Shown here one piece after another: positions 1-10,093 of a DNA stretch of 64,000 nucleotides. This stretch comes from an uncultured virus (IMG/VR IMGVR_UViG_3300032293_002550) (taxonomy: Duplodnaviria > Heunggongvirae > Uroviricota > Caudoviricetes). The DNA lies in IMG/VR virus record IMGVR_UViG_3300032293_002550, one strand, 5' to 3'. Under the pieces are notes generated by a model. The model worked only from the letters and a program-made list of their open reading frames with translations. It made no database searches and was not told where the DNA came from. Numbering within the stretch: position 1 is the first letter of the stretch; each line of letters starts with the position of its first letter. Made by a program: the position numbers and the translations under genes.

Positions 1-1585
1 ACACGTCGAAATCTATTGTGGGGTATTGTCTTTCTTTTGGACCACCGAGCCCTTGAGCTTGTGGTGTATTATCTGCGAATGGATTTGGTATTCCTCCGTC
101 AATTGTACTGATGAGAGATTGTATACTGGAAGTAGCTTGTTGAACATTGAATCCTCCAAATCCATAGATGTTTCCTAAAACTGCTCCTTGAACAACTGAT
201 ATGCCTTGGTTAGCTAAGTCAGCAACTGAATTGTTGATGAAATTCGAAGCCATTTGGGCAAAAAATTCTGCGGGATTTCCAGCAGTGTTAAGATCCACCG
301 GGGCCAACCCTTCTGTTCCTGTGTAGTCGTAGTTATTGTATTCAGATGTTTTATTTCCCCAAGTGTCCGAAATCACCATTTGTTGAATGTTGTCTTCTTT
401 CTTGAGCACGTCTGCTAACTGATTGAATTGTATTTTATAGTCTTTGGCTTTTCCAACGTGAATTTTGAACTTTGTGGCAACTGCAGATCCTCCTTGATTA
501 TCTATTGAAGTATAGGAAGGAAAGGTGTCATCAAAGTCAAACTCACATTGATCCAATTGATAAACAAAAGCATAAGGCCCCATTTCATAGGTACCGAATC
601 TGTCTGTGCCCGGCTGCTCGTTGTTAGTTGATCTTTGTAATAGACCCTCAGTATTGTTGAGTAGACCTGTTTGTGTGTTGAAGCTATCTAAAAAATTTGC
701 TGCTTGAGCAACTGCAGGTATAGAGAAAGGATTTAAAATGTCATTTATTCCGTAGCTCAATTGTATGTTTCTCAACTCTGTGATTACTATCCACATCCTG
801 AATTTTCTTAAATTTTCGGGAAGCATAGTCCTATGATAGGTGAAGTCATACACTGCTTTTCTATATAGTTCACTTAACCCAAAAATCCTCATGTCAATGG
901 ACTCCATACAATCGATTGTCAGGGTCCCAGCTCTTTTAGGAGCACCGCCCTTTTTGAAATAGTTTGGAATGTCATTCTTAAGTAAAGTGTCCAATCCCGT
1001 TAGGGTCTTGAAATAATAGGGGCACTCTTTGTTGATGAAAGCCAATCCGTTCTTAAATGATTTGAGCATCTCGAATCTCTTCTGAGAGCGTTGATACATG
1101 AACTGTTGAGCACCCATGTAAGCGACATCACCTGTGGGAAAGAAGCCAAAGCCTTCCATTCCGTTTATTCTGGACTTAGAGCCATAGAAGAAATCAAGGT
1201 CTGTTTTGAAGCCATCATCCGATGAGGAAATGATTCTCTGAATTCTTGCCAGTTCTTCTGGTGAGGTTTGCTGGTTCTGTAGAGTGGAAACTAAGTCGCT
1301 GATCGATCTGCTGCTTGCTGCTATTTCTGCACTATCCCTTTGATATCCTCTAAATAAAGGGGAGGGTGCTAGGAATGTTTCTTGATCCAAAAGGGAATTG
1401 TCACCGAAGTCAAAAATAAACTTGAAGTGCAGATATGTGGGATCTTCTTTTTTTCCGTGCTTTGTGCTCGAGACTCCCTTCAGAAACTTTTCTCTCTGAA
1501 AATCTATTTTTCGGTTCAGGACATTCCCATCAGGTAATACCCTGTCGCCAACAGCGGAACCAAAATCGGAGAGAAAATCTGCCAT
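1..1585 (-). CDS. Partial putative tail-tube/baseplate-associated structural protein (runs off the left edge; missing from the ORF track)
   Basis: ATG at 1585 gives MADFLSDFGSAVGDRVLP...KEDPTYLHFKFIFDF...TLTIDCMESIDMRIFGLSELYRKAVYD...LPENLRKFRMWIVITELRN. The frame was open in the segments I translated, including the last ~180 nt. It lies next to baseplate-like genes. Confidence 0.55.
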   Translation of the reverse strand, partial: MADFLSDFGSAVGDRVLPDGNVLNRKIDFQREKFLKGVSSTKHGKKEDPTYLHFKFIFDFGDNSLLDQETFLAPSPLFRGYQRDSAEIAASSRSISDLVSTLQNQQTSPEELARIQRIISSSDDGFKTDLDFFYGSKSRINGMEGFGFFPTGDVAYMGAQQFMYQRSQKRFEMLKSFKNGLAFINKECPYYFKTLTGLDTLLKNDIPNYFKKGGAPKRAGTLTIDCMESIDMRIFGLSELYRKAVYDFTYHRTMLPENLRKFRMWIVITELRNIQLSYGINDILNPFSIPAVAQAANFLDSFNTQTGLLNNTEGLLQRSTNNEQPGTDRFGTYEMGPYAFVYQLDQCEFDFDDTFPSYTSIDNQGGSAVATKFKIHVGKAKDYKIQFNQLADVLKKEDNIQQMVISDTWGNKTSEYNNYDYTGTEGLAPVDLNTAGNPAEFFAQMASNFINNSVADLANQGISVVQGAVLGNIYGFGGFNVQQATSSIQSLISTIDGGIPNPFADNTPQAQGLGGPKERQYPTIDFDV

Positions 1586-1600
1586 TTCTTATTTCATTAT

Positions 1601-3226
1601 TTATCCAAATATATTGTTGCGTATGTTTCCAACATCCTCTTGTAATATACTTGACGCATTCTCCACTAAATCATTGAAATCTGCTGGATCCTCTTTTGGA
1701 TTAAGAGTGTCAGGATCAGAAGCCAAACCTGGATTAAGTGTCCATTGTTTCTTGCCGAGTAACATAGTTTGGTGCATGCCGTCTCTTTTATTGTATTCTA
1801 TAGTGAATCCAAGCACCACGTAGTTACCAGAAAAGAAAGCATTTGGTGTTCTTTTGTCTGGAGGTGGTGCCAATGATGACTCTTCCCCTCTTGCCGCAGA
1901 GTATTTCGAGTCTCCTGAAACGGTTGCACTTCCTTCAGTGATTATATTAACAGGAAAAGTTTGTCCGCGATAGAGGAAGGGTGTCCATGCCCTGTTCTTG
2001 ACTTTCAACAGAATCTTATAGCTGTCGTTTCTATTGAGGATGTTTTGAATTTGGGCTTGATGAAAATTTTCATGCACGTTCTCGAAATACATCGTTCCGA
2101 GATAGGTGGTTTTAATTTCTTCTTTATAAATAGATTCTCCAAGTCTTCCTTTATTCAAGACGTCTCTAGATCCTAGATCTTTATTTGTGACAGCCTCAAG
2201 ATTATAAGAAACGAATTTGTTTTTTGGTTTATCAGATTTTAGTTTATCGTCATAAAATTGCAGTTTTTGGAAGTACCCTAAGTCGTTATTGATTTGACCC
2301 GCGTGCTGTTCTAATGACAATGCAGTTATAAAAAGAGGAGACTTGCTATAATTTGTCGAGTTGGTAAGAAGAATAGGAAACTCAATTTCTTGAGTTTCTG
2401 CACCAGGAGCAAGATCCGTTATGTAATCTGCACCATAGGCCATTCTAATGGTTTCCAACACAGAATTTTGTTCATCAAACTGTTTTTTAAGATTGACCAA
2501 ATTCAAGTTGTAATATTGGTCGATCCAACAGTCAAAGTAGTCCTCCTCCTCCAACCAAGATCCATTTACAACTTGCTTTATGAATGTTTCATAGTCAACA
2601 TTAGGGGAAATCCAATTCATGGTGTCGTTGGTTTTAGCTTCGTTAGAAGCATATCCCAAGCCAAGATCCTCAGAAATTTTGATTAGAGCATCGGCACTTG
2701 ATCCCCTGAAGTTCTTGGAAATGTTCTTGTACAGTTTTGGAATTCTAACTTCACCTGTGATTGTATATGTTTGGAATTTACCAGATGAAGGCTCATAATT
2801 GTTTTCTAAATTCATTGGGGATGAAGACTTTGAGAACGGTGAAATAACTTCCGTAATAATAAAGTCCATTCTTATTGGTTTAAACATCTCTCCAAAAGCT
2901 CGAATGTAAATTGAGAAGATGTCACCATCTTTAGGAAAGGAGGTGAACATAAATCTCTCATCAATCGTTTGGAACCTGAAAACGCAGGTGGGCTTGAATC
3001 CAGTTACATCAAGTGAGAAATAGCTAAGACCACTTACAATCACATTATTGATTCTAATAAGTGGTTCTGCCATCCCATAATATTTCTTCTGAACATTAAG
3101 GGTTTTCGTGTCATTGAAATTAGGATCCCCTTCCTGAACTGAGGTGTCTAACATGGAGAGTTCATCCAAAGAAATGTCTGGATTGCGATATTGCAGGATC
3201 GCTTTTCGTATATTAAATTCTGCCAT
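1601..3226 (-). CDS. Putative baseplate hub protein (gp27/gpD-like)
   Basis: 541 aa with hub-like segments (FRGSSADALIKISEDLGLG, DTMNWISPN, CWIDQYYNLNLVNL, FSGNYVVLGFTIEY). Sits next to a gp53-like gene. Confidence 0.5.
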   Translation of the reverse strand: MAEFNIRKAILQYRNPDISLDELSMLDTSVQEGDPNFNDTKTLNVQKKYYGMAEPLIRINNVIVSGLSYFSLDVTGFKPTCVFRFQTIDERFMFTSFPKDGDIFSIYIRAFGEMFKPIRMDFIITEVISPFSKSSSPMNLENNYEPSSGKFQTYTITGEVRIPKLYKNISKNFRGSSADALIKISEDLGLGYASNEAKTNDTMNWISPNVDYETFIKQVVNGSWLEEEDYFDCWIDQYYNLNLVNLKKQFDEQNSVLETIRMAYGADYITDLAPGAETQEIEFPILLTNSTNYSKSPLFITALSLEQHAGQINNDLGYFQKLQFYDDKLKSDKPKNKFVSYNLEAVTNKDLGSRDVLNKGRLGESIYKEEIKTTYLGTMYFENVHENFHQAQIQNILNRNDSYKILLKVKNRAWTPFLYRGQTFPVNIITEGSATVSGDSKYSAARGEESSLAPPPDKRTPNAFFSGNYVVLGFTIEYNKRDGMHQTMLLGKKQWTLNPGLASDPDTLNPKEDPADFNDLVENASSILQEDVGNIRNNIFG

Positions 3227-3831
3227 TATCTTCTGAAGATATTCTTTTGTGCAAGTTTTGTTTTGATGTCAGTCACCGAAATGTTTTTCTTAACCTTAGT
3301 ACGACATTCTCCAATATCAGGTCCAAATAGTAATTTGCCCTCCTCAACACTTATTTGTTGTTGTCCATCTTGAAGGAGGTTTGGAGGAAGTGGTGTGTCC
3401 GCCAGATTAGAAATATTCTTAGAATTTAAGTACTCCAATCTTTCTTTGCTCACTTGTGATATTTTTTCCTGTAGTTCCTTTCTGAAAGATTTTGCCTTTT
3501 GCTTTTGATTTGTGACTGATCTTCCACTATTGAAAAGATCGGTGACCATGGTTTGTCCAGGAACAGCCAAGACCTCCCCAGAAGCAACTGACAATGGGTT
3601 TGAAATGTTGTTCAATTTCAAGAGAGTTCCTAATCCACTTTGGTCTCCCATATAAGATAGACTTACAAGATCTGGTCTCATTTCTGTCTCGTCAGTTACA
3701 ACTGCAATACTTCTAAGTGAATAAGTGATTCTTCTTGGGTTCCATGCAGGTGTTAGAAGATCCAATGCACGTATTTTCGTGTTTGGATTCGTAACGAATG
3801 GTTTGGATTCTATGATATCAATTGCTAACAT
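3226..3831 (-). CDS. Baseplate wedge protein, gp53-like (LysM-like)
   Basis: EMRPDLVSLSYMG...LLKLNNISNPLSVASGEVLAVP is typical of gp53/tail-X LysM-like folds. Confidence 0.65.
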   Translation of the reverse strand: MLAIDIIESKPFVTNPNTKIRALDLLTPAWNPRRITYSLRSIAVVTDETEMRPDLVSLSYMGDQSGLGTLLKLNNISNPLSVASGEVLAVPGQTMVTDLFNSGRSVTNQKQKAKSFRKELQEKISQVSKERLEYLNSKNISNLADTPLPPNLLQDGQQQISVEEGKLLFGPDIGECRTKVKKNISVTDIKTKLAQKNIFRR

Positions 3832-3846
3832 GGCGATTATGGTCTT

Positions 3847-5676
3847 CTAACGGGGTCTTCTAACGGGGGCAGAGGCTTCTGTAATCTTGTTAATATTCGT
3901 TTCTAAATTAGGGAAGAATCCTTCTGTTGTAGTGAAGGCTTGTGATGATTCAGAAGAGCTCACTAGTTGACCAAGATATAGTCTTCCGTTTCCTCTGTTG
4001 AACATAGATTCCCAGTCCCCTCTATGTCTCTGTCTACCAGGTGAAAGGGTAAAGGAAGCTTTGATTTCTGTTGGAAAATCATCGGGTCCTAGATCATTAC
4101 CAAAGTTCAATGTGACGTTGGTACAAACCAAATTACCAATCATTGCTATTGGATTTAGTGGATTTCCTACGACAAGATGCCATTCTCCTGTTGGATATCC
4201 ACTCAACATCAAGGGTTGATAGTAGATCCTTTTTAAGAATAAGTCACTCAAAAGAACGGCTATCGAATTGTAAAATTTTCCATCTTTTTTAATTCCAACA
4301 GAAGGATTTGCTATAAATGCTTTGAGCTCATTTGTGGCATCCTCAATATCCTTACTTACAGATCCCTCAGCACTGAGTTGATCATTCACGGTTTGTTCTG
4401 AAAGAATTCCAGAAACTTGATCTCTCAAATAACCCAATGGGTCTACTATAGACTTTGCATATCCTTTTGCCCCACCAGGAAATCCTAGACCAACACTAGT
4501 TTGCTCTAGTCTGAGCTCAGGGGATAGGAATTGCCCATAGTCTGTGCCAATGGAAAGCAAATTTGTCATGAGGTCAAGAAATAACAACTTACTATTAGCA
4601 GTTCCTACTGATGTTAGATTGTATTCAAAATTTATTGTAAAATAATTTTTACCTCCAGTGAACCCTTGCTTTCGAACCATCATCTCGTTGACTGTGTTGA
4701 CATTAACGAAAATTTTCTTAGACAAAGGGCCATCTTGTTGTAAAGCATTATCAAGAAGCTTCCTCTTGAGTCTGTTGATGTTTCTTTCGGGCGCGGTGAA
4801 TGTTCCAAGTAAGTTGTCTACAGCTTCAACGTTGATATTGTTTTGACCACTAGAAATGAATGATTTGATCAAGTCACCGAAAGGGGAATTAAGCAGGCCT
4901 GGATCCCCCGTCTGTTCATTTTTCATAGGATCTTGGGTCTCATAAGCATAATATAATCCGGTGTTGATACTTAGAATGGAAGCTAAGTCGTTACTTGTCC
5001 CATCACCAAAAAAAGTGACTGCTTGTGCGACAGGAAGCGATGAATTTAGCTTTCCATCTAAATCTTTGACCTTTCCTATTTCCTCAATTGCGACTAGATC
5101 CAATTTAACCTTTTTACCCTCCTTGGTGACTTGTTGAGCCTTGTCCGGTAGAATTCTAAGTGAATCCAAAGTTGGGTAGGCAAATCTTCTCAAAGTCAGC
5201 ATTCTATTATTTGGAATCACCCCATAATGTTTACAAAATATGAAATCTTTTACATTGTAAACTTGTCCCCTATAGGGACTCTGAGGATCCAAAAAAGCAG
5301 GAATGCTTCCTCTTTTAGCACTGACAGTGTCAATTATCATTTTGGCAGTGGGATTCCTAGACTCAATAGGCGTTATCTGGGGAAGGTATTCTTTTAGCTC
5401 GGATTTATGATAGGGAATTGAGCCAGAAGACGATTTTCCTAAGACATAGTAGGCAAAAAGACCTCTATAGACACCATCAGAAGTGGCTGCTTCGTAAAAT
5501 AGGCTTTTTGGTAGTCTTTCTAGCTCGCTTAGCTCATAGGTAGCAAAAGTTTTATCCCCCTCGAATGCATAAATTCCTTGAGCAAACCTTTGGATATCTG
5601 TAACAGTACTTCCCCCACTAGAAGTGTTTGAGGATGCTTGATAGCCTTGGGTGGTAGTGTGCTCTGGTGTTGGCAT
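3847..5676 (-). CDS. Putative baseplate / tail-tube-initiator structural protein
   Basis: 609 aa. C-terminal GEWHLVVGNPLNPIAMIGNLVCTNVTLNF...DDFPTEIKASFTL. Late-type motif just upstream; baseplate context. Confidence 0.4.
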   Translation of the reverse strand: MPTPEHTTTQGYQASSNTSSGGSTVTDIQRFAQGIYAFEGDKTFATYELSELERLPKSLFYEAATSDGVYRGLFAYYVLGKSSSGSIPYHKSELKEYLPQITPIESRNPTAKMIIDTVSAKRGSIPAFLDPQSPYRGQVYNVKDFIFCKHYGVIPNNRMLTLRRFAYPTLDSLRILPDKAQQVTKEGKKVKLDLVAIEEIGKVKDLDGKLNSSLPVAQAVTFFGDGTSNDLASILSINTGLYYAYETQDPMKNEQTGDPGLLNSPFGDLIKSFISSGQNNINVEAVDNLLGTFTAPERNINRLKRKLLDNALQQDGPLSKKIFVNVNTVNEMMVRKQGFTGGKNYFTINFEYNLTSVGTANSKLLFLDLMTNLLSIGTDYGQFLSPELRLEQTSVGLGFPGGAKGYAKSIVDPLGYLRDQVSGILSEQTVNDQLSAEGSVSKDIEDATNELKAFIANPSVGIKKDGKFYNSIAVLLSDLFLKRIYYQPLMLSGYPTGEWHLVVGNPLNPIAMIGNLVCTNVTLNFGNDLGPDDFPTEIKASFTLSPGRQRHRGDWESMFNRGNGRLYLGQLVSSSESSQAFTTTEGFFPNLETNINKITEASAPVRRPR

Positions 5677-5695
5677 GTAGTATATACCCTAAGTT

Positions 5696-6022
5696 TTATA
5701 CCTCCAATAAAACTACCTCACAAAATTCACACTCAAAAATATTGTTTATTTTTTCCTTCAAGAGATCAATGAAAGGACTTGTTGGATGCTCGTAAACAAC
5801 TACTAGATTATATCCTGTAATGACTTTGTTTTTCGATCCCTCTATTTTTTTGCTAAGCCATTCTTCGAAAATGTATTGTCTAATCTCATTCATACAAGAG
5901 GGAGACAAATTGTTGGATTTAAACCACGAATTCACATCTATAGAGCAGAAATCATTTTTTTCAAAAATATCTGTGTTTTTGACTTTGTCAATTTTGGAAA
6001 CTATGAAAGATTTGAATTGCAC
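5696..6022 (-). CDS. Hypothetical protein
   Basis: 108-aa ORF tightly packed in the minus-strand operon. Confidence 0.6.
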   Translation of the reverse strand: MQFKSFIVSKIDKVKNTDIFEKNDFCSIDVNSWFKSNNLSPSCMNEIRQYIFEEWLSKKIEGSKNKVITGYNLVVVYEHPTSPFIDLLKEKINNIFECEFCEVVLLEV

Positions 6023-6025
6023 TAG

Positions 6026-6214
6026 CTACTCTTCATTTTTTTTGTTTGAGTTTCTTTGCTCTGTCAAATTCCTAAGATGTATCAACTTACCAATTGATTT
6101 GGACTTTTCTGAGGATTCATGATTTTTTTTGGCTGAGAGAAGACCAGCTTTTTTAGCCAACTTTCTTCTCTCTTTTCTATTCGGTAGAATCATCTTGCTT
6201 GATTTTTTTGACAA
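6026..6214 (-). CDS. Small basic hypothetical protein (probable start MILPNRK)
   Basis: Fills the gap between neighbours; PNRKERRKLAKK motif; ends in -EE. Confidence 0.55.
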   Translation of the reverse strand: MSKKSSKMILPNRKERRKLAKKAGLLSAKKNHESSEKSKSIGKLIHLRNLTEQRNSNKKNEE

Positions 6215-6740
6215 AAACGGTTTTGAAAGTTTTCATGAAAAGGGTACTAACTAGTGAGTCCTCAAGATCTAGGGCCTCATCTACACTGATTAGTTCAAAC
6301 TTGCTATCTTCTTCTGACTGAGAACCATCTGTCGATTTTTCTTCTGCCACCAGACCAGTGATATTGACACTGAAGCAGGGATTTGAATTAAGTACCAGTT
6401 TTGAAGTATAAAGAGTTCCTAGAAAATTCCATCTTTTAATATCAGGAACATTAAAACCTGATTCCTCTCTTAGTTCCCTGATTGCTGTTTGGAAGATGTT
6501 GTCATCCTCATCATCAGGAGTACCAGTGATGAGTGTCATCGAGATGCCACCGGGTCTTTGATTTAGAATTTCGCTAAGAATACCTATTTCATCTGGGTTA
6601 CCATCAGAATCCAAAGTGTAAGGCATTATTATAACTCCAGGATTTATTTGGCGAATAAAAAGTTTGCCATCTAGTTCTACAGATTCAGTGTTCTTGTTCT
6701 TCCGTAGAGATGTTAGTTCCTCCTTTTCGAATATTTCCAT
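6177..6740 (-). CDS. NUDIX hydrolase
   Basis: Nudix box-like GTPDDEDDNIFQTAIRELREESGF. Confidence 0.85.
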   Translation of the reverse strand: MEIFEKEELTSLRKNKNTESVELDGKLFIRQINPGVIIMPYTLDSDGNPDEIGILSEILNQRPGGISMTLITGTPDDEDDNIFQTAIRELREESGFNVPDIKRWNFLGTLYTSKLVLNSNPCFSVNITGLVAEEKSTDGSQSEEDSKFELISVDEALDLEDSLVSTLFMKTFKTVFVKKIKQDDSTE

Positions 6741-7389
6741 TATTACCTTTATATATCTCTTTGATATTTATTCTTAGACTTTCTTTGATGATTTCTAAGT
6801 CAAGATCATTGACTACAAATTCTATGATCTCTTTTTCTGCTTCATCGAAAGACGTCGTTAAGACATTATAGAGACTTTTGGTAGGAAGATTGAGTTTGAG
6901 TTTGATTCCGACCTCAACCCAATGTGGCTTTTGTTTTTCCAAAAGAGATGTTATAGGATTACCAGCTTGGGCAGAAACCTGGGTAGGTTCTGATAGCATA
7001 ACATTCCGTACTGGTATTTGCCTTGTATTCGGTAGTACCCTACTTATTGCTTCGATCGTCTGTCTAGGAGCAAGTGGATCTATTTGAATCATATATTCAT
7101 TCAATAGAGAATAGTTGATCCGAGAACCGTCCTTGAAATTAACCCAGATAACTCCAGTAGTCGCATCCTTGAAAACACTTTCGTATTCACAGACATTCCC
7201 GTTATTGTCCCCTTTAGTCCACCTATAAGCAAAAGGTTTTAGCTCGTAGTCTAGAACTTCAATATCTAATTCTTCTATATTTTCCATTTTAGGTTTTTTT
7301 CTGATAAGTTTTTTTAGAAGACCCCACATTTGTTTCTTTTTTGCTGTGTATCCTTCTTTTGGTTGAGAATTTAAGAGAATGTCCAACAA
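6685..7389 (-). CDS. Hypothetical protein (true start may be downstream)
   Basis: 234-aa ORF overlapping the NUDIX start. Confidence 0.65.
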   Translation of the reverse strand: MLDILLNSQPKEGYTAKKKQMWGLLKKLIRKKPKMENIEELDIEVLDYELKPFAYRWTKGDNNGNVCEYESVFKDATTGVIWVNFKDGSRINYSLLNEYMIQIDPLAPRQTIEAISRVLPNTRQIPVRNVMLSEPTQVSAQAGNPITSLLEKQKPHWVEVGIKLKLNLPTKSLYNVLTTSFDEAEKEIIEFVVNDLDLEIIKESLRINIKEIYKGNNGNIRKGGTNISTEEQEH

Positions 7390-7443
7390 TTTGGTATTTC
7401 ATGAATATTGTTTTATATCTAGTTTGTTGGAAATGATTTCGAT

Positions 7444-7980
7444 TTATCTGTGTCTCTTTTTGATGCCCCAAAAATATAAGTCATGTGGAGCGGTTGTTCT
7501 AGAAATGAATTGAAAATCTGAAAATAATTCTTCGATATTCAGAACCTCTCTCACGTCTTTTTCTGTGACGTTTTTGTAGTAGTCAGTAACAAATGGTGCG
7601 TCTTTAGGAGAAGTTCTTTTGGTTCCGTGCTCTTTTCTACCCGTTGTTGCACACGTAAATAGAAAAACCCCCTCAGGTTTTAAATGCAGGTACATGTTTT
7701 GTAGGGTCAAGTCATAAAACTCATCATGTTCAAAGCATTCAGTGGACATGACAACGTCAAAAAGTATATCTGACCTATATTCATGCCCCCTACAAACGAC
7801 GTCAACGTTTTTTCCTTCCCCTATATCAACTCCAACGTATTCGAAATCGCCACTAAAAAGAAATCGATTGTTACCATTTATGTCTAGTGAACCAATGTCC
7901 AAAACACGACAGTCTCTGAATTTCTCAAGAAATTTGTGTTTAACATAAGTACAAAATTGCATTTGTTCTTTGTGTGCCAT
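7444..7980 (-). CDS. Class I SAM-dependent methyltransferase
   Basis: VLDIGSLDING, YVGVDI, FDVVMSTECFEHD. Confidence 0.85.
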   Translation of the reverse strand: MAHKEQMQFCTYVKHKFLEKFRDCRVLDIGSLDINGNNRFLFSGDFEYVGVDIGEGKNVDVVCRGHEYRSDILFDVVMSTECFEHDEFYDLTLQNMYLHLKPEGVFLFTCATTGRKEHGTKRTSPKDAPFVTDYYKNVTEKDVREVLNIEELFSDFQFISRTTAPHDLYFWGIKKRHR

Positions 7981-8003
7981 GATACGTATTTATCCAATCT
8001 GAA

Positions 8004-8720
8004 TTAGGCTTGCACCTTCCGCCATTTTTTTTCAAATTTATGTCCTTGAAGAACCGTGATATCTCTTATTTTGTCACCCTCGTAAGATTCGATTGTTTTT
8101 CCAATAGTCTTCTCATGATGGTTGACCACTGACTCGACTACTAAAGCGTGAATGATGCCTTTGGATAAGAGAGTCATACCGTAGTCATTATCACAATACC
8201 AACAAGTGAATTCCTCATCAAGATCACCTATGGTCTCATAAATTTCTCTTTTTTGAAATATACACCAACCTGCGAGTTCACCCCTGACGTTGTGGCCAAA
8301 AAATATTTTCTTGTCTAGGACTTGTGTGTTGGCTCCTTGAGTTTGTGGACACCATGGACTTGCAGAAAGAATGTATGGCTTTTGTTCCATTTGCTCCACT
8401 ATCTTAGAAGCCCACTCACTTTCATAGGTCAGATCATTATTACACAGTACAACATACTTGGAGTCACCTTGTTTTCTTCCTAAGTTTAAATACTTATGAT
8501 ACCCAAAAGTTTTATCCTCTGGATGAATTGTTCGACAAGTATGACCAAACTCATTCTGATTATATTCTTCATACTTGGTGTCAGGATTTGATTCAACAAC
8601 GTAAATATGAAATCGAATATTCGACTCAGATTTCAAAAGAGAATCGATTCCCTTCTTTGTTACTTGGTGAAGATTGTCGTTCTTTGCCCAAGAAACGATT
8701 ACCACATCTACGTTTGTCAT
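8004..8720 (-). CDS. Glycosyltransferase family 2
   Basis: VDVVIVSW, YVVESN, LNLG...VVLCNNDL, WYCDNDY. Confidence 0.85.
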   Translation of the reverse strand: MTNVDVVIVSWAKNDNLHQVTKKGIDSLLKSESNIRFHIYVVESNPDTKYEEYNQNEFGHTCRTIHPEDKTFGYHKYLNLGRKQGDSKYVVLCNNDLTYESEWASKIVEQMEQKPYILSASPWCPQTQGANTQVLDKKIFFGHNVRGELAGWCIFQKREIYETIGDLDEEFTCWYCDNDYGMTLLSKGIIHALVVESVVNHHEKTIGKTIESYEGDKIRDITVLQGHKFEKKWRKVQA

Positions 8721-9511
8721 AGTTTGTAAATTTTACTTGCTAAACTTAATACAGAGTCAAGCTTTGAAAGTTCCAGCATATTTTCAGCATCAGAAGGTGA
8801 ATCTTTAGGTCGAGGATGGGTTTCTATGAATAATCCATCGGCGTCCATAATAGCACCAAACTTGACCATATCGATGATGTGCTTTGATTGTCCCCCTGTG
8901 CGGCCATTTACTCCATTTGGTTTTTGGAGGCTATGAGTGCAATCCATGATTACCAACGAATTCTTACACGCTGCTTTAAGACGAGAAATAGATGTAACAT
9001 CAACGACTAAATCGTTATATCCAAAACTGTTTCCTCTTTCAGCAATCATCATATCCATCCCGTTAGATTTGTAGAATTTACGCTCTATAAATTCACACGT
9101 TTCATGGGAGAGAAATTGTCCTTTCTTAATTAATGTCGGCTTTCCTGAGGCGGCACATGCTTCTATCAAATCTGTTTGTCTACACAAAAAAGCAGGAACT
9201 TGCAGAAAATCCACTATATTTTGGACTACCTCTACTTGGGAAGTTTCATGAACATCTGTTATGATCGGGACCCCCACCTTTAGTCTAACTTCAGAAAGAA
9301 TGTCAAGAGCTTTGGATATGCCCACTCCTCTAAATGAGCCAAGAGACGTGCGATTTGCTTTGTCGTAGCTAGCCTTGAAAATAGGCTTGAAACCATTAGC
9401 TTCGCAAGCTCTTTTAACCTCAATAGCGACTTCTAGGCACAGCTCCAAACTCTCAACCACACATGGACCAGCTATTATGATCTTGTTCCTTTGGGTTTTG
9501 TGTTGTTTCAT
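8717..9511 (-). CDS. kdsA: 3-deoxy-D-manno-octulosonate 8-phosphate (KDO8P) synthase
   Basis: IAGPCVVES, FKASYDKANRTS, QVPAFLCRQTDL, KKGQFL, ERGNSFGYNDLVVD, DCTHSLQKP, GLFIETHP. Confidence 0.95.
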   Translation of the reverse strand: MKQHKTQRNKIIIAGPCVVESLELCLEVAIEVKRACEANGFKPIFKASYDKANRTSLGSFRGVGISKALDILSEVRLKVGVPIITDVHETSQVEVVQNIVDFLQVPAFLCRQTDLIEACAASGKPTLIKKGQFLSHETCEFIERKFYKSNGMDMMIAERGNSFGYNDLVVDVTSISRLKAACKNSLVIMDCTHSLQKPNGVNGRTGGQSKHIIDMVKFGAIMDADGLFIETHPRPKDSPSDAENMLELSKLDSVLSLASKIYKL

Positions 9512-9513
9512 TT

Positions 9514-10092
9514 CTAATTTTTAGCTTTTATGTTTAAGTATCCCCCATGGTGTCTTTTGGCATATTCGTCCTTAGTAAAAAAATTTTTATTGATCATTCC
9601 AACCACCAACAGATCACAAATAACTGACATACATGTGGTTGATGTGGTTGGAGTGAGACCTAATGGGCAAATTTCTTGAACAGGACCAAATTTGAGAACA
9701 AACGAACAATTGCTATCAATGTATTCATTTGTTTCCCCCACAATGGCGAATATTTTTAAATCCTTGTGCAGATCTTTCGCCAATCCTATTAGTTCTAACA
9801 CTTCCCTTGTTTTCCCAGAGTTTGAAAAAAGAACCAATATGTCCATCTTACATAGAATTCCAAGATCCCCATGTTGGGCTTCCGATGGATGAAGAAAGTA
9901 AGAAGGGACTCCAGTAGAGCAAAGAGTAGTGGCAAAAGTGTGGGCTATTTGTCCTGCTTTTCCCATGCCTGAACAAATTATTCTTGTTCCATCATGTAAT
10001 CCGTTTTTAAGAAGATCTACAAATAATGCAACCTTATCGACGGGAATTTGTGATAGGTATTCTATTTCTTTTAGTAGGAGGTCTGAGTACAT
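9514..10092 (-). CDS. kdsD: Arabinose-5-phosphate isomerase, SIS domain only (KdsD/GutQ-like, no CBS domains)
   Basis: SGMGKAGQIA, STGVPSYFLHPSEAQHGDLG, SNSGKT, CPLGLTPTTST, HHGGYL; adjacent to kdsA. Confidence 0.85.
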   Translation of the reverse strand: MYSDLLLKEIEYLSQIPVDKVALFVDLLKNGLHDGTRIICSGMGKAGQIAHTFATTLCSTGVPSYFLHPSEAQHGDLGILCKMDILVLFSNSGKTREVLELIGLAKDLHKDLKIFAIVGETNEYIDSNCSFVLKFGPVQEICPLGLTPTTSTTCMSVICDLLVVGMINKNFFTKDEYAKRHHGGYLNIKAKN

Positions 10093-10093
10093 T

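Noticed and set aside
3841..3866. 13-bp tandem duplication (GGTCTTCTAACGG x2) at a gene end
   Set aside because: It only changes the C-terminus from VRRP to VRRPR; probably neutral slippage or an assembly artefact.
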